Below, piece after piece: positions 62,205 through 64,000 of a DNA stretch of 64,000 nt. This stretch comes from Monocercomonoides exilis PA203 (Eukaryota; Protista; Preaxostyla): positions 868,001 to 932,000 of the forward strand of contig LSRY02000018.1 of assembly GCA_001643675.2 (NCBI GenBank), written 5' to 3'. A program made the position numbers and the translations under genes. The notes beneath the pieces were generated by a model. The model saw only the letters and a program-made list of their open reading frames with translations, was not told where the DNA came from and did no database searches. Every line of letters starts with the position of its first letter. Position 1 is the stretch's first letter.

Positions 62205-63815
62205 TGGAGCGAAACATCCACTGAATTGAGTTCTATATTTTAGTGTGAGTGGAATGGATCAAAAACGACTGAAGCATCATCTTCTACGACTGATAGAGTT
62301 TCCAGTGGAGGGGCGATTTTCTTGCATAATCTGGCATCGGGAACACTTTCAGTGAAATTTTGTTCATTCAATGAGTGCTATGCGTATTATGCTGGCGGAG
62401 GAATTAATTGCTACAATATTAAGTCTGTTGAGATTGTGAACAACACATTCGATTCATGTACTGCGCAAAGTTATCATGGAGGTGGAATGTTCATTTTGAC
62501 GATTTTAACGTGTGTCAGGATCAATGATTGTGAATTCCAGAATTGCAAAGCAAATAATGCTGGAGGAGGACTTCTTCTTGTAAATTTTCAGGTTTCAGGA
62601 ACAGGATCCATTGAAGCAGAAAATGGAGGAGGAGAGAGTGCATGCTTGTTTGATTGCAGGTTCACTTCATGTACACTTTCAAGAACTAGTGGCGGAGGGT
62701 TGCGTTGTGAAAGAGTTCCGACTGCACTTTAAATGAGGAGCATCCAGTTTATTTCATGTTTAGCAGTTTCAAATGGTTGAGGATTGTGTTTCTGTCCTTA
62801 TCATTCAGCAGCTCCAAGTGACAAACATAATTGTTATTTCATCATCTTTCACAATTGCAGGCGCACTAATTCCACGCCATGTGGCCACGATGTGTGTTTT
62901 GAATGTGATAACAGCCTCTTTTCGTCAAACAATCCGTTCTGTGAATCTTACACAACGAATACAAATGATACGAGAGTGCACCGCCAATCTTATAACGGAA
63001 ACAGTTGTGTGCTTCAGCATACACAAAAGAAGGATTGGCTGAAGGAAGGGATGAAGGATCGGTATGTTGGAGTGAGCGGAGATGATACAAACAATCTGTG
63101 TGGGATGAGTGAGGCAGCGCCGTGCAAGACAGTGGGGCATGCAGTGGGGTCGAGCATGGCGCAGCTGAGCTCGACAATCACAGTGCTGGGTGGGAGGCAT
63201 GTGAGCGAAGAGAAGACGATCAGTGTTGGGGGAAAGAAGATTTCTGTTATGGTGAAAGGGAAGACAGCGAGCTTGATTGGGACGAATTCTCTTTCTTTTT
63301 CATCGACAACGCTGTTCAGCGTATCTACTGGTCAACTGGATGTGGGGCATATTGGGATCGACCACAACACGACAAGAAGCCCATCGCCGAGTGTGTTTGT
63401 GGTAACTGTGGGGAGCGGGACTCTTTTGATGGAGGATATAGCGATCGACTCTTCGACATCAGGAGGGAGCGGAATGACTGAGTGTGTGCTTAAAGAAGCA
63501 CTGTCTCAGTTGAGGATGAGTGATGTTGAGATAGAAAATATGAAAATGAGTCAACCTCTGTTTGTGGAGCCATCAACAGAAGAATCTGTCCAAGGAGAGA
63601 GTTTGCTGGGGAATTTGACAATTCAAAATGTGAATCGGACAGGGGGAGACGGAGTTGTGATGACAAAAAGCGTGAAGGCGGAAGAAATATATGTGGTGTG
63701 GAATACAACGATTGAAGAATGTGAGTGTGTGAATGGAAATGGCTGAGGGATAAAAGTTGAGTTGTCATCTTCAACAAGCAAAACTCATATTGGTACATCA
63801 ACATCGCAAGATGGA
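62205..63815 (+). pseudogene. Internal ectodomain-only fragment paralogous to ~54645-56243 of the receptor-like gene
   Basis: Collinear homology (CEWNGSKT...ECECVNGNG). In-frame stops at 62241, 62730, 62778 and 63744. No signal peptide, TM or kinase part seen. Confidence 0.88.
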
Positions 63816-64000
63816 GTAAAATTAAATCTTGTGGACGAATTTTACAAAATATGAATAAAGACTTAATTCAAATTGTTGTGATATTTCATTTGTTATTCAA
63901 TGCATTCTTCTCAAAATTTGCTATTCGAAATTTTTAATGATAATTTAAAACAACATTCTTATTTGTTTTTTTTTATTAAAAGAAACAGTAATGTTCAAAA

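Noticed and set aside
50283-63746. In-frame TAA/TGA/TAG in the transposase and receptor fragment as a sign of a reassigned code (TAR=Gln as in some oxymonads) or selenocysteine
   Set aside because: Conserved genes here end at TAA, TAG or TGA and have no internal stops. The stops in the receptor fragment align with Lys, Gly and Trp codons by single substitutions, so they are nonsense mutations.
1-64000. CRISPR arrays, rRNA or tRNA genes
   Set aside because: The tandem repeats have no unique spacers, and no rRNA or tRNA signature was seen by eye; tRNAscan or Infernal would be needed to exclude small RNAs.

Overview
AT-rich eukaryotic protist DNA with many short spliceosomal introns and the standard genetic code. 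The lineage-specific gene families and the poly-Ser/poly-Glu protein expansions suggest an oxymonad such as Monocercomonoides; this is an inference, not a database result. Spliced housekeeping genes reconstructed by hand: SLC38A9-like amino-acid transporter (partial), HAD phosphatase, DENND11/LCHN-like GEF, meiotic recombinase DMC1, endosulfine (ENSA/Igo1), proteasome ATPase RPT4, RFC1, an EH-domain protein, a CCX/NCLX-type cation/Ca2+ exchanger and a TOGARAM-like TOG protein. The accessory parts hold a lineage-specific multicopy gene with a pseudogene paralog, a MITE-like foldback element, a complete TA-flanked DD35D (Fot/pogo-type) transposon with an intron-containing transposase, and a 2318-aa receptor-like pseudokinase followed by a silent ectodomain-only copy. 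Main observations: (i) a 167-bp tract perfectly identical between that silent copy and the intact receptor gene, suggesting cassette-type gene conversion; (ii) a 6-nt microexon in RPT4; (iii) T at position +4 in all ~35 inferred 5' splice sites (GTNTG rather than GTRAG); (iv) DMC1 head-to-head with an endosulfine gene that the ORF track misses.
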